A DNA stretch of 28,852 nucleotides from assembly GCF_004010195.1 (NCBI RefSeq), contig NC_057751.1, forward strand, positions 18,321,325 through 18,350,176, written 5' to 3'. The position numbers and the translations under genes were made by a program. How positions within the stretch are numbered: the first letter of the stretch is position 1; each line of letters opens with the position of its first letter. This DNA comes from Chiloscyllium plagiosum (Eukaryota). The notes under the pieces are model-generated. The model had not been told where the DNA came from, did not search any database, and saw nothing but the letters and a program-made list of their open reading frames with translations. Of the stretch, positions 11,534 through 21,387 are shown one piece after another.

Positions 11534-13161
11534 CTGTGAGGAAAGTAAACAATACACTTAGACATTCTGCTCAGAGCAAATGTAACATTTTTTTCTTAAC
11601 ACTGATAGAGGTGTGCAAGTGTTTTTACTGGAATGACGGCCATCTGCTGGAGCCATCTCGGTCTGCAAGATGACAACTTGAAATATAAGATGTCATAAAG
11701 ATTGCAGTCAGCTGAAACTTTTCAAATAGTTGGAACAAATTTTGTTGTAAGTTATACAAACCACGTGATTTAAGTTTTTTTGTGGAATTCAATATGCAGA
11801 TTCATCAGTGAGATCCGTGCGCCAGATTCGATTGTACGCGCGTTTAACTGGATCAGTGATCACCTTACCCTGATAATTATGGAGCACTCCTGGGTGATTG
11901 CCGACTATTGAAGTGCTGATTTCTTCCCCGTGACCCAATGTTGGACTAATGCGAAATTCACTGATTCTCACCTTATTGAAAGCAAAACGTATTAACGAAT
12001 CTTTATTGCGCCCTTATGTTAATTTTTTGAGTCAATTGTGTGATGGAAAAATTCCCACTTGCTTGTGTGTGCTCAACATAATATGGAAATTGAAAACATC
12101 CAGGACAATCGATCTACTCGACTGGAACCATCTAACAAAATACACATTTGTGCAGTCTATCATTGAGCCTTAGCAGCTCTAGTATATATAATCTACACGG
12201 TGCCCTGACGCAACTCACTTTAATAGTATGTTCTCAATCCGTCAATGTGATCCAACAAAAAGACAGGTCTTTAGATGTATCGGAACATGAACCAACACTG
12301 AATCGCCTATCTCAGCTCTTCATTACTATTTTTGCATACTTCTTGGTGTTTCCAATAAACATCATCTTCAGTTTGCAGGCTATTGTGTCAAAATGTAGAC
12401 GCTGGTTATCAGAGTGACTGTGAAGAATGAGAAGTGTGGTCACATTGAATTTGAAACATCGATTCTGTTTTTGCTCCAAGGTGGCTCAGTGGTGTGCACT
12501 GCTACCTCAGAGCACCACAAGTCCAGGTTCAATTCCAGCCTGAGCCGACTGTCTGTGTGGCATTTGCAAATATTCCCTGTGTTTGCGTGGTGTCAGGCAA
12601 GAATCTGGTGTCTGTCCAACGTGCAAGGATGTGCAGGGTACGTGCTTTAGCCATGTTAAATAGCCCCATATGGTCCAGGACTGTGTATACGATATAGATT
12701 CAATTTTTCAAACTTTAAGCTGTCTCTGCTTGATCTTAGGAATTATAAAAGCAGGTTTCATGAGCATGTACCAAAGTCTCGCACCCCAAGGCGTATAAGT
12801 GAACCGGTAGTATTTGATTGCAATAAAATCTTTATGGAGCACCCCTTTCATAGGCGTGCAGTGAAGTCACACTTAAGCAATGCCGTTTGTAACTAACAGC
12901 AAATACTGAGATATTCAGCGAACAAGTGCTTCAACTGCATGAATGTTAAATACAGAATCATTGCTTAGTCAGGAAGGACGCTAAGATGGTGAAGTTTACA
13001 GCGATCATAACGGGATACAAAGATTCTTCATTGGTGCAAAATTGCACAGAGTAAACTACAAGCACAGTTATGCATTGAGCAATGGTTTGTACAACGAGCA
13101 CGAACCGCTGCCAGGTCTGCACACTATAAATGCCACATTAATTGAAATTGGAAAGACTTAC
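11534..13161 (-). other. Phase-1 GT-AG intron (1628 nt) of the GPCR gene
   Basis: Minus-strand GTAAGT donor, pyrimidine-rich tract plus CAG acceptor and a possible branch site (TCTAAG) about 25-30 nt upstream of the AG; splicing preserves the frame. Confidence 0.88.
12480..12690 (+). mobile_element. HE1-type V-SINE, degenerate, inside the GPCR intron (antisense to the gene)
   Basis: ggtggctcagtgg (A box), ggttcaattcc (B box), gactgtctgtgtgg...ttccctgtgtttgcgtgg V-domain. Confidence 0.8.
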
Positions 13162-13468
13162 CAGGGATGCCAAAAATTGCGAGAATGGGGTAATAAATGA
13201 ATTGAATGATCTGAAGTGCCCATCGAATTCGATGATTTGGAAACATCTGATCAAAATTTGCAGAAAGATAACTTGTCGTCTCAAAGAAACCCCTCTCCAC
13301 TATATTATGATTCCAGTCTATTGTTCTGACATTCAGAGCCATTGCTGTAACATTGCAATCTACTGTCTTCACATATTCAACCGTTGTTATGCCATTCCAG
13401 TAATGTTCTCTTGGATTCCAATTCAATGTTGTAACAAAATAATCTACTGTCGCCATATTCCAATCCAT
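13162..13468 (-). CDS. gpr139-like: Exon 1 of a GPR139/GPR142-like class A GPCR (repeat-containing N-terminus and first half of TM1)
   Basis: ORF 13124..13468 reads MDWNMATVDYF...IIQFIYYPILAIFGIP, then a canonical donor CCTG|gtaagt (GT = 13161-13160). YYPILAIFGIP resembles the recalled GPR139 TM1 YYSLLLCLGLP. The 307-nt exon joins exon 2 in frame. Confidence 0.88.
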
Positions 13469-13512
13469 TGCTTCATCTTTCTAATCTATCATTCACGGAT
13501 TGTGATACCTAA

Positions 13513-13538
13513 TCTCTCACTCTCTCTGTCTCTCTCTG
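13513..13538. repeat. Imperfect (CT)n microsatellite just upstream of the GPCR start
   Basis: tctctcactctctctgtctctctctg. Confidence 0.8.
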
Positions 13539-14074
13539 TTGTGACAGAGCACTGTTCATGCCGAATGCGTTGCTCCCAGTGACACGATAGTGAACACATT
13601 GAAAGATGTGCCACATTAATAGATGTGTATCACGCTTCAGGAACTCAATTATGATTCATCAAGATTGATATTAGTGACAGTCACTAAACAAATAGATGTA
13701 AATAACTGCTTTCAATTGAATACCCTCTGAATCACAGTATATAGTATGGCTATCTAGGAAAGATATGAAGTTTGCTGAGGAAGCATTAAAATGTTTATAA
13801 CGATAGCAGTTATGAGATCGGAGTTTGGGAGACACTGGAACTTTACAAACGTACAGCTACGTTTCGAAACTGGAGAAAACTGATGCTGCAACTACTGGGC
13901 AGTCCCTATACAGTTCGCCATATTTTAAAATGCCGGAAAGGTGTCCCAGACATCAGGCAAGGAGTTACGTAATGGAAAGGAAGTAGTGACATAATGTTCA
14001 CAAAGCAAAAGGAGATATGTGGGCTTTCCCCCCGATGCAGATGCGTCTATCCTAAACCTAGCAAACCCGTCTTC

Positions 14075-14990
14075 CAACTCCGATCATGGCTTTCATTCAC
14101 CTAATATTACTCCTTGGCTGCAATAGTCATTAGAAATCTATCAGCTCAGTCTTGAACTTAATATACAATTCCACAGAGTGGAAACAGGCCGTTCGGTCCA
14201 CCATTTCCACAGCAACCCTCCGAAGAGTAACCTACACAGACCCATTCTTCAACATTATTTCTATATATTTATCTCTGACTAATGCACCTATCCTGACCCA
14301 TCCCTGAACACTACGGGCAATTTAGCACGGCCAATTCAACTAACCTGCACATCTTTTGACTGTGGGAGGAAACCGGACCACCAGGAGGAATCCCACGCAA
14401 AAACAATGAGAACGTGTAACCTGCTCGCAGACAGCCGCTCGAGGCTGGAATCGGTTCCCTGGTGCTGTGAGGCAGCAGTGCTAACCACTGAGCCACCGTG
14501 ACACCACAGCGATTAAACTTTCACAGTATGTTCGCTGCAGAATTCCAATGATTCAATTATCCTCTGTGGGAATAAGTTACTCCTCTTTACAAATCTAAAT
14601 TCTTCAGACAGCTGGGAATTCAACACTTCTACATCGGTTGTCAATCCATTGAAGGTCTTTGTAAGATTCTAAAGCGTTTGCCTCTCACTCCTCTAAACTC
14701 CAAACAATCCAGTTTTTTTTAATCCAACTGTCTAAAAATTCAAGTAATGTATCTGGTGAAATTCAGCTGCACTCATTCGACATTAAGTATATGGTTAGTT
14801 TGGCCAGTAGAACAGAGTGGGCACAAAATACACAAAATGCGAAATCTGACATCATTGAACAAAACATCATTGTTTCTGTCGTCAAATTCTCATGCAATAA
14901 AGGTGAGCAAAACGCTCCTCTAACAAGCTATCTACTCTACTTGCATACTGTTTTTCAGTGACTCATGATGAATAAGGCCACCCTGGTTTC
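14075..14990 (-). mobile_element. Old CR1 3' fragment hosting the HE1 SINE
   Basis: gaaatctatcagctcagtcttgaa before the SINE and gaattccaatgattca...cctctgtggg after it continue a CR1 3' region. Confidence 0.5.
14163..14505 (-). mobile_element. HE1-type V-SINE, near full length
   Basis: Minus strand cacggtggctcagtggttagcactgctgcctcacagcaccaggga head, V-domain (tgcgtggg...tccggtttcctcccacagtc) and a CR1-like tail (ggcctgtttccactctgtg). Confidence 0.92.
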
Positions 14991-16049
14991 TTTGGCCACC
15001 AACACTTTCCAACCTTTACGTTTGATCCAAGTTGAGCATCTAAAAATGAGAGATTACTTGATAGATCACATGTTTATGTTTTGTTGGTTAATATGATGTT
15101 TATCTGCTGAAAAATATTCAGTCAGGCAGCACGTTAGTTGCACCGACAGGACAGAAGTTGTTACATAAAGTAAAGGATTGAAGAAAAGACAACAAATACC
15201 ATAAACATAACAGGTATTTGCAAATGTATCAAATCATACAGTAAACTAAAGGCTAAACTGCATTTATGATACTGCATATCACAGATTCTCAGGCGTAACG
15301 AAATTACACTCCATGTTTTTTACTGACCCTGTGTAGTTTTGTTGTAGCTGTTAGTTGCGAAAGCTGTCCAATAAATCAGTTCTGAGTTTGATGACATGAT
15401 ACTGTAAGAAGTATGAAAGCTTCAACTTCTCTGTTCTCTACCAACAGATTTTGAACAAAATTCTCTGAGGTTGGGAGTTCCACAAATTAAATCCATCTGC
15501 TGAGATAACAGGTTACACGATGTCCAGCCACAACCACAGCTGCCACAACACACACCCTTTGCACGAACCCAAGACCTTCCTCTGGGAAAGACTGAATTCA
15601 CTTTTCGATTCAACTCTGTTATTCTCTGAAAACAAATCTGGTAGATTTACTGCGTTTTGAGTGGGCGGGGTGAGGTGCTTCTAAAGAATGGCCCAATACC
15701 CAACCTGGGAGCTTTGGTTGTTTTGTTGAGAAGGTCACAAACTGACTTGAGAAGGGAATGGGGAAGGAGGTAGATATAAAGACTGAAGCAAGTTTCAGCC
15801 AGACATAGAAGGAATGCCAATGCAGTCACATCAGCTGGAGAATGATATGGCACGTGACAAGTATAGAAAAATGAATTGTTCCTTATTTCATGCAAGGAAT
15901 TTGACATGTAAAGCAGATGATCATAGATTATTGATCAGCATGTGGGAATATGCTATTATTGTGATTATTCAGATGTGGTTAATGAAATGTGGCTATAGAA
16001 ACTTAAAATTTTAGGGTAAATAATTTTCAGCTGTGGGAGGGGTAAAGAC

Positions 16050-16745
16050 AATATAAAAAAGTTGGGCGCATTGCATTCTTGAAAAAGGAACCCATCGCTG
16101 CAATAATGAGGGACGAGAGTCGAAAAGGATCCTCAAATGAGGCAATCTTGGTAGATCTTAGAAATAAAAGAAAGGACTGATTTATTTGCTGTGGCCTTTC
16201 TAAAGAACTCAGAACATTAAAAGGGAGAGAGAGGAGCTAATTACAGAACAATATAATAGCAGTTGGATTATAATTGTACAATTGTCGGCAATTTAAAATT
16301 TGCTGACATTAACTGTGCTTCCCTGAGTGTGAAATTATTACACGGGGTTAGTTTTCTAAAGTGCATTCAGGAGAGTTTTTAATTCCAAGAAGTGGATAAT
16401 CCTATTACAGATGGGGCAGCAGTAGATCTAATGCAACTGAATGAACCACTCAAGTGGACAAGCGTTTTTGGGGATAGTGATGATAATTCTGAAAGCTTCA
16501 TTGTCATTGCAGAAGCAGATAAGCAGAGTGCAGAAGCTAAGTATTTAAATCGGGAGAATGCCAATTTCAATATCATGAGACCGGATCTGGAAAACATTGA
16601 CAGCGAACAGCTACTTCCTGATACATCGACAGTTGAAAATGTAGGATAGTGAGAAGTAAGCAACAGTGTAATCCTCTGAGAATGAAGTAAGTACAAGGAC
16701 AGTGTTACCTCGGAATGCTGGACAGCGGGGATATGGATTGATAAG
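16050..16745 (+). mobile_element. Degenerate CR1 ORF2 endonuclease-domain fragment
   Basis: ORF 16392..16649 NPITDGAAVDL...NEP...FGDSDDNS...LNRENANF resembles CR1 PTRxGAxLDL...GDSDHN...LNWxKANF. Confidence 0.75.
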
Positions 16746-16752
16746 AATAAAA

Positions 16753-17246
16753 ATTTGGAATACTGCATCCAGTTCTGGTCGCCGTATTATAGGAAAGATG
16801 TGGATGCTTTGGAGAGAGTTCAGAGGAGGTTTACCAGGATGCTGCCTGAAGAGAGGTTGACTGAGCTCGGACGTTTTTGATTGGAGAAAAGGAGGAGGAG
16901 ACGGGACCTAATTGAGGTATACAAGATAATGAGAGGCATAGATAGAGTCGATAGCCAGAGACTACTTCCCTGAACAGAAATGGCTTACACGAGGGGGCAT
17001 AGTTTTAAGCTGGTTGGAGGGAAGTATAGAGGGGATGTCAGAGGCGGGTTCTTTACACAGAGAGTTGTGAGAGCATGGAATACGTTGCCAGCAGCAGTTG
17101 TGGAAGCAAGGTCACTGGGGACATTTAAGAGACTGCTGGACATGCATATGGTCACAGAAATTTGAGAGTGCCTACATGAGGATCAATGGTCGGCACAACA
17201 TTGTGGGCTGAAGGGCCTGTTCTATGCTGTACTGTTCTATGTTCTA
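16753..17246 (+). mobile_element. 5'-truncated CR1 LINE 3' end
   Basis: LEYCIQFWSPYYRKDVDALERVQRRFTRMLP; TRGHSFKL...FFTQRVVRAWN; tail ends ctgttctatgttcta. Confidence 0.95.
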
Positions 17247-17373
17247 AAACTATGCAAACAAGTATCAAATACAGCACAACCAAATAAAAAGAGAAAATGC
17301 CCTTCAGTCGTGTTAAGAAATGCATGGCGATTGCTAAAAAAAAAATTAGAAGGACATAGCAGAGGCAAAAATG

Positions 17374-19725
17374 TAGAACATATAACATAGAATATTACAA
17401 TGCAGTGCAGGCTCTTCGGCCATCGATATTGCGCCGACCCGTGGAATCAACCTGAAGCACATCGAAACAATATTATTCCATTCTTGTCCATATGCCTATG
17501 CAATGACCATTTAAATACCCTTAAAATTGGTGAGTCTACTGCTGTTGCAGGCATTGCATTCCATTCCCCTACTACTCTCTGAGTAAAGGAACTACCTCTG
17601 GCATCTGTCCTATGTCGATCACCTCTCAATTTAAATCTATGTCCTCTCATGTTAGCCATCGCCATCCGAGGAAAATGATTCTCATTGTCCAGCTTATCTA
17701 ACCCTCTCATTATCATATACGTCTCAATTAATTCCTCTCTCAACGTTCTTCTCTCTAACGAAACAAGCCTCAGGTCCCTCACCCTTCCTCGTAAGGCCTT
17801 CCCTCCATACCAAGCAAGATCGTAGTACATATCTGAACATTTTCCAATGCTTCAACATCCTTCTTAGAATGTGGCGACCAGAACTGTACACAGCACCCCA
17901 AACGTGGCCACACTAGACTTTTCTACAGCTGCAGCATGATCTCATGGTTCTGAAAGTCAATCACTCCACCAATAAAAGGTAACACTCCATATGCTTTCTT
18001 AACAAACCTATCAACCTAGGGGCTGGCGCTGTCTTCACTGGAGCATTGGAGGCAGAAGACTGACTGTACAGATGCTTATAAAATCATGAGGGGCATGGAT
18101 AGGATAAGTAGGCAAAGTCTCTTCCCTGCGTTGGCGGATTCCAGAACCAGCAGGCATAAGTTTCGGGTGAGATGAGAAAGATATAAAATAGACTGAAGGG
18201 AAAACCTTTTCACACTGAACGTGGTATGCGTATGGAATAAACAGCCAGAGGAAGTGGCGGAGGCTACTATAATTGCAACATTTAAACGGCAATGAAAGGG
18301 TATATGAATAGGAAGTGTTTGGAGGGATAAGGGCCAGGTGCCGGCAGGTGGAACTAGATTGGGTTGGGATATTTGGTCGGCATGAGCGAGTTAGACAGAA
18401 GGGTCTATCTCCGTGCTGTACATTTCTATTACTCTCTGACATTACTATCCCCGTTTTTGCATTGAACTCCATTTGTCTCTTCTCAAGCCAGATCTGCAGT
18501 ATATCTATGTCTGTCTGTAAGCTACAACATCCTTCGTCACTATCCGCAACTCTGCAGACCTGAGTGTCATCCGCAAATTTACTCACCCGTCTTTGAATGC
18601 TGTCATTCAGTTCATTTATAAAAATGACAAACAACAGTGGACACAAAACAGATCTTTGTGGCAATCCAATCGTAACTGAACTTCCACATCAACCACCACC
18701 CTTTGTCTTCTTTCAGCTAGCCAATTTCTGATACAACCCGATAAATCACATTTAACACCATGCCTCCATATTTTGTGCTGTAGCCTACCGAGGGGAGCAT
18801 TATCAAACACTTTACTGGAATCTATATTCACCTGTTTGGTAACCATCTCAAATGGCTCAATTATGTTTGTGAGGCATGAACCTCCCAACACAAATCCGTG
18901 CTGAATTCCCCTAATCAATGTATTCCTTTCCAGATGATTATAAATCATTTTTCTTCGAACCATTTCCAACACTTTTGTCACAACCGAAGTAAGGCTCACT
19001 GGTCTATCATTTCCAAGATTGCCTCTACACCCCTTCTTGAACAAGGAGACAACCATTGTTACTCCCAGTCTCCTGGCATTATTTCTGTAGACAATAACGA
19101 CATAACGAACAAAGACAAAGTCTCTGCAATCTCCTTTCTGGTTTCCGAGAGAAGCCTGGGTTGAATCACATCTGGGCCAAGGGGACTTATCTATTTTCAC
19201 ACTTTCCAGAATGGCTAAAATCCTGCTCCTTTTGGACCTCAATTCCATCTAGTCTAACCGCCCGTATCTTACTGTTCTCCTCGACTACATTGTATTTTGA
19301 CTAGTGTGAAAACCGAAGAAAAGTATTAATTTAGCACTTCCACTTCCTTCTCTGAATCCACACACACATTTCCACCACGATGGTTGATTGGCCATAAGCT
19401 TACTCCAGTCATTATTTTATTCCTGATATATCTATAGAAAACCTTAGGGTTTTCCTTGATCCTATACGCTAATAAATTCTCCTCACCCCTCCTGGCTCTT
19501 CTTAGCTCCCTCTTTCGGTCTTGCCGGGATACCTTGTGTCTCTCAAGCGCCCTAACTGAGCCATCACATCTCATTATAATGCAAGGCTCTTTTTTTTCCT
19601 TTTGACAAGGACCTTCTTTCATAATCACGACTCCTGCGCTCAACAGCTTCCTCCTTGCCTTACTGGTAGATACTTATCAAGGAACCGCAGTAGCTTGTCC
19701 TTGAATAAGCTCCACATTTCAACAT
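17374..19725 (-). mobile_element. Long degenerate CR1 LINE (ORF2 RT domain to 3' tail), interrupted at about 18020-18437
   Basis: DKSP, RPVSLTSVV, QHGFV, SKVFD, IRNWL, SVLCPLLF and [10 protein letters not shown] motifs in minus ORFs 18616..19248 and 18035..18664; tail at 17374-17440. Confidence 0.93.
18020..18437 (+). mobile_element. CR1 3' fragment inserted in opposite orientation into the CR1 above
   Basis: ttataaaatcatgaggggcatggatagg...gcataagtttcgggtgaga...tctccgtgctgtacatttctattactct tail. Confidence 0.88.
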
Positions 19726-20496
19726 AGCTTTGGTTCGTGCGATTAGAGCAATCTTAAAGGCACGTTATAACTTTATTTACTGTTATGAAGATAAAGCGTG
19801 AAAGTGTGTTCTTCTTAGACACCAAAGGATAAATCTGTGTTTGGAGACAAAGGACTCGGATGAGGTTTTTAAATGATAATTTGTTATCTTTATTCACAAA
19901 GGCGAAGGAATGAATCAGAGTGTTTCCTTTTGAATCCTGACGTTCTCCAGCATGTTAAAAGTAGTCAGGAGGAGGCATTGGATCCTTTAGTGAGCAGTAA
20001 GTTGCATAAATGTCAAGGGATTTATGAGATGTATCACAGGCTGCCATGGGAAGTAAGGGAAGCAATGGTTGGGACATTGACGGGGACATTTAATACATTT
20101 CTGGCCAGAGGTGAAATGCCAGATGACTTCATAATGGGAAGCATAGATAGGACACGTACTTACAGAGTAGTTTGTTTGACATTAATCACAGGAAACTTTA
20201 AAAAATAAACGTCTGAAGGATAGGACTAATTGATGGCTGGGAAGGTCCCGGTGGATCCGGGATATTCAACATCGATTTATTATAGGGAGATCCTGTCTCA
20301 CTAATACAATCGTTCTTTTTTTGTTTGAAAAAGTGACTGTGTGTTGATGAATTTGGTAAAATTGAAATGGTTATAATGGGCTTCAGTAAAGCATTTGAAA
20401 AGATTCCAACATGGAAGTCTGGTTCAAAAAGAAATATCCATAGGATCCAAAGTAAGTCAGCAATCTGGATCCAAAATCGGCATGCAAAATGGAAGG

Positions 20497-20704
20497 AGAA
20501 AGTGAGGGTTGCAGATCGTGGAGATCAAAGCTGTAAATGTGTTGCTAGAAAAGCGCAGCAGGTCAGGCAGCATCCAAGGAACAGGAGAATAGACGTTTCG
20601 GGCACAAGCCTGAAATTCCTGAAGAAGGGCTTGTGCCCGAAACGTCGATTCTCCTGTTCCTTGGATTCTGCCTGACCTGCTGCGCTTTTCCAGCAAAACA
20701 TTTT
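20497..20704. mobile_element. Fold-back Penelope-like terminal-repeat insertion with a perfect 16-bp TSD
   Basis: CATGCAAAATGGAAGG at 20481-20496 and 20705-20720; inverted arms 20535-20610 and 20628-20703 (72/76 identical). Confidence 0.9.
20615..20650 (+). ncRNA. Minimal type I hammerhead ribozyme motif (PLE-associated)
   Basis: CTGAAGA-A-GGGC-TTGT-GCCC-GAAA-CGTC (20619-20646): intact core, 4-bp stem II, palindromic ACGT in place of stem III and a GUC cleavage triplet; stem I is weak. Confidence 0.7.
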
Positions 20705-20844
20705 CATGCAAAATGGAAGGCGTTCGGTAAGGGTTTTTTCCATGACTGGACGCCTCTAACCAGACGTGTACTACGTTTTGTGTTAGTTGTTCAGCAATGA
20801 CATGGTGAAGGGTGTCATTCTGAGTTGTATAACGCCATGAGTCT

Positions 20845-21387
20845 CGATTAGAGTGGTGCTGGACAAGCACAATAGTTCAGGCAGCATCTGAGGAACAGGA
20901 AAATCGACGTTTCGGTCAAAAGCCCTTCATCAGGAATAGTGTAGGGAGCCTCCGGAATGGATAAATAAATGGAAGGGGGTGTGGCTGGTGATAAGGTATT
21001 CAAGAGTACAATTGGTAGATGGAGGTGGGGATGAAGGTGATAGTTCGGAGAGGAGGGTGGAGTGGATAGGTGGGAAGGAAGATTGGCAGGTAGGATATGT
21101 CATGAGGACGGTGCTGAGCTGGAAGGTCGGAACTGGGGTAAGGGGAAGGGCAATGAGGAAACTGGGGAAGTCCACGTTGACGCCCTGGGGTTGAAGAGTT
21201 TTGAGGCGGAAGATGAATTGTTCTTCCTAATGGCGTGGGGTGGTGAGGGAGTGGCGGTGGAGGAGGCCCAAGACCTGCATGTCCTCAGTAGAGTGGGAGG
21301 GGGAGGTGAAATGTTTGGGAACAGGGTGGTGGGTTTGATTGGTGTGGGTGTCCCAGAGATGTTCCCGAAAGTGCTCTGCAAGAAGAA
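20845..21387 (-). mobile_element. 5'-truncated Penelope-like element (GIY-YIG C-terminus plus terminal repeat)
   Basis: LAEHFREHLWDTHTNQTHHPVPKHFTSPSHSTEDMQVLGL, continuing to FIFRLKTLQPQGVNVDF; the terminal repeat is related to the 20497 element. Confidence 0.9.
20902..20937 (-). ncRNA. Minimal hammerhead ribozyme motif in the PLE terminal repeat
   Basis: Minus strand CTGATGA-A-GGGC-TTTT-GACC-GAAA-CGTC (20933-20906); one mismatch in stem II. Confidence 0.62.

Larger units (their letters stand above)
19740..20790 (+). mobile_element. Highly degenerate CR1 ORF2 fragment (host of the 20497-20704 insertion)
   Basis: GEMPDD, YRVVCLT, MGFSKAFEKIP and IWIQNR resemble CR1 RT motifs. Confidence 0.7.

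Noticed and set aside
11534..11552. ORF-track start MFTFLT for a single-exon 306-aa GPCR
   Set aside because: The start is a TTG inside the intron's polypyrimidine tract and would lack half of TM1; splicing to exon 1 gives a complete TM1.
13142..13582. 146-aa plus-strand Cys/Ile-rich ORF
   Set aside because: Antisense shadow of the repeat-containing GPCR exon 1, with no ATG start and no recognisable motif.
14460..14500. tRNA-like A/B boxes (also 12480, 24005, 4160-4245)
   Set aside because: These are SINE heads followed by SINE bodies; no complete cloverleaf, so not tRNA genes.
15660..15700. GC box (GGGCGGGG) plus CCAAT as a promoter
   Set aside because: Short motifs over 2 kb from the GPCR start, next to CR1 sequence, with no CpG island or other support.
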